64,000 bases of DNA. Origin: Paludibacteraceae bacterium (GTDB lineage: Bacteria; Bacteroidota; Bacteroidia; Bacteroidales; Paludibacteraceae). Shown here piece after piece: positions 62,649-64,000 of the stretch. The position numbers and the translations under genes were made by a program. Each line of letters begins with the position of its first letter. Within the stretch, counting starts at the first letter, position 1. The stretch is from assembly GCA_942493025.1 (NCBI GenBank), contig OW818663.1, positions 2,258 through 66,257 on the forward strand. Reading direction: 5' to 3'. The notes beneath the pieces are model-generated. The model was not told the origin of the DNA. It searched no databases and saw only the letters and a program-made list of their open reading frames with translations.

Positions 62649-64000
62649 ATGAAAAAGATATTTCTGCTCATTATCGTCGCGGTTTGTGCCTTTCAACTAC
62701 AGGCAAAACCGGCGGCATGGGTGCAACGTGTCGAGCCAACTTATTGGTGGACGAATATGCAACAATCCGAATTTCAAATAATGTTGTATGGTGCCGATAT
62801 TGCTTCGGCTGATGTTTCGGTGAACTATGCAGGGCTTACCATATCACGTAAGGAATTGACAGATAATCACAATTATGTTTTTCTATATTTGACAGTTGCG
62901 AAAGAAGCACTTGCCGGAAAATTCAATATTGAATTGAAAAAAGGAAATAAAAAGCAATTCATTTCCTATGAATTGAAACAAAGACTTGAGGGCTCAGCTT
63001 CACGAAAAAGTTTTACCGAGGCCGATGCCATTTATTTGCTTATGCCCGACCGTTTTGCAAATGGAAATCAGGCCAATGATTCGGTTCCTAATTATCATCA
63101 GGGGGTTTGTCGTGAAGTGACCGGAGCGCGGCACGGTGGTGATATCGAAGGAATTATATCTAAGGTTCCTTACATTGCCGACCTGGGTGCTACTGCTTTG
63201 TGGACGACTCCGCTTTTTGATAATAATGATAGCAATTATTCATACCATCATTACGCTTGCTCTGATTATTACAAAATTGATCCGCGTTTTGGAAAAAATG
63301 AGGATTACGCACGACTTTCAGAAACCTGCCATGCCAACGGTTTGAAAATGATTATCGATGTAGTGCCCAACCATTGCGGCGGTTCCCATTGGTGGATGAA
63401 AGATGTGCCTGCAAAAGACTGGTTCAATACATGGTCAACTTACACTTCGTCTAATTACCGGATTGCTGCATGGACTGATCCGCATGCTTCGGATGTTGAT
63501 AAACAACGCTTGACGAATGGTTGGTTTGCTCCCAATATGCCCGACTTGAACTTACAAAATCCATTGTTGTTTGACTATTTACGGCAGGTTTATACCTTTT
63601 GGATTGAAACAGCCAATATTGATGGTATACGGGTGGATACTTATCCTTACAATGATTTGAAAACGGCTGCACGGTTTATTGAGGCCATTCGGAGTGAATA
63701 TCCAAACATGAATGTAGTAGGGGAGTGCTGGGTAAAAACGCCTGCCGAGATTGCCTATTTCCAGTCGGGGAACAATAATAAAGATGGCTTTGATTCCCGC
63801 TTAACGAGCGTGATGGATTTTTGTTTGAAGGATGTGTTTGCTGCAGCATTCAATGAGCAGGATAGCTGGGATGGTGGTATGGCTCGATTCTATGCCCACT
63901 ATGCGCAGGATTTTGTGTATGCTAATCCGAATATGATTATGAATTTTTTGGATAATCACGACATCGATCGTTTTTCTACGGCTGTCAATCGTGATGTTCA
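62649..64000 (+). CDS. Second SusA-like GH13, partial (runs off the window; absent from the supplied ORF track)
   Basis: ATG at 62649 read by hand: MKKIFLLIIVAVCAFQLQA signal, RVEPTYWW, DAIYLLMPDRFANG, RHGGDIEG, IDVVPNH, DGIRVDTYPY, GECW, DNHD. Confidence 0.92.
   Translation, partial: MKKIFLLIIVAVCAFQLQAKPAAWVQRVEPTYWWTNMQQSEFQIMLYGADIASADVSVNYAGLTISRKELTDNHNYVFLYLTVAKEALAGKFNIELKKGNKKQFISYELKQRLEGSASRKSFTEADAIYLLMPDRFANGNQANDSVPNYHQGVCREVTGARHGGDIEGIISKVPYIADLGATALWTTPLFDNNDSNYSYHHYACSDYYKIDPRFGKNEDYARLSETCHANGLKMIIDVVPNHCGGSHWWMKDVPAKDWFNTWSTYTSSNYRIAAWTDPHASDVDKQRLTNGWFAPNMPDLNLQNPLLFDYLRQVYTFWIETANIDGIRVDTYPYNDLKTAARFIEAIRSEYPNMNVVGECWVKTPAEIAYFQSGNNNKDGFDSRLTSVMDFCLKDVFAAAFNEQDSWDGGMARFYAHYAQDFVYANPNMIMNFLDNHDIDRFSTAVNRDV

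Overview
Chromosomal window of a Bacteroidales bacterium (Paludibacter-like, judged from rRNA signatures, TAnnTTTG promoters, T9SS and Sus genes; the taxon is an inference). 1-4.5 kb holds the 3' part of an rRNA operon (16S end, tRNA-Ile, tRNA-Ala, 23S, 5S), followed by two degenerate tandem copies of the 5S 3' half plus terminator. 4.5-43 kb is mostly housekeeping: nitroreductase, gdhA, porin, metA, rlhA-like U32, a REP-flanked IS200-like Y1 transposase, recA, uvrD, plsC, amidohydrolase, the TIGR03915/03916 pair, T9SS plug, lysC, putA, an orphan helical protein with a 21-bp tandem array, ybaK, a signal-peptide SOD, ruvA-sprA and grpE-dnaJ. 43-64 kb is a complete starch/maltodextrin utilisation locus: T9SS-secreted GH13, tandem esterase, SusA-like GH13, SusF/E/D/C, LacI regulator with two perfect operators, MFS, GH65 and a second SusA-like GH13 that runs off the window. 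The best leads are: (i) the orphan gene followed by a non-coding, strictly 21-bp-phased array; (ii) a dispersed CCCCT-AAGGGG palindrome family and heptamer repeats that have been taken up in frame into putA, rlhA and the radical SAM stop codon; (iii) a GH65 with Met at the catalytic-acid position and no beta-PGM partner; (iv) pseudo-5S/terminator triplication; (v) a REP-flanked TnpA with a single nonsense codon near its C terminus. No CRISPR array, prophage or IVS was seen. Protein assignments come from motif recognition, not from database searches.
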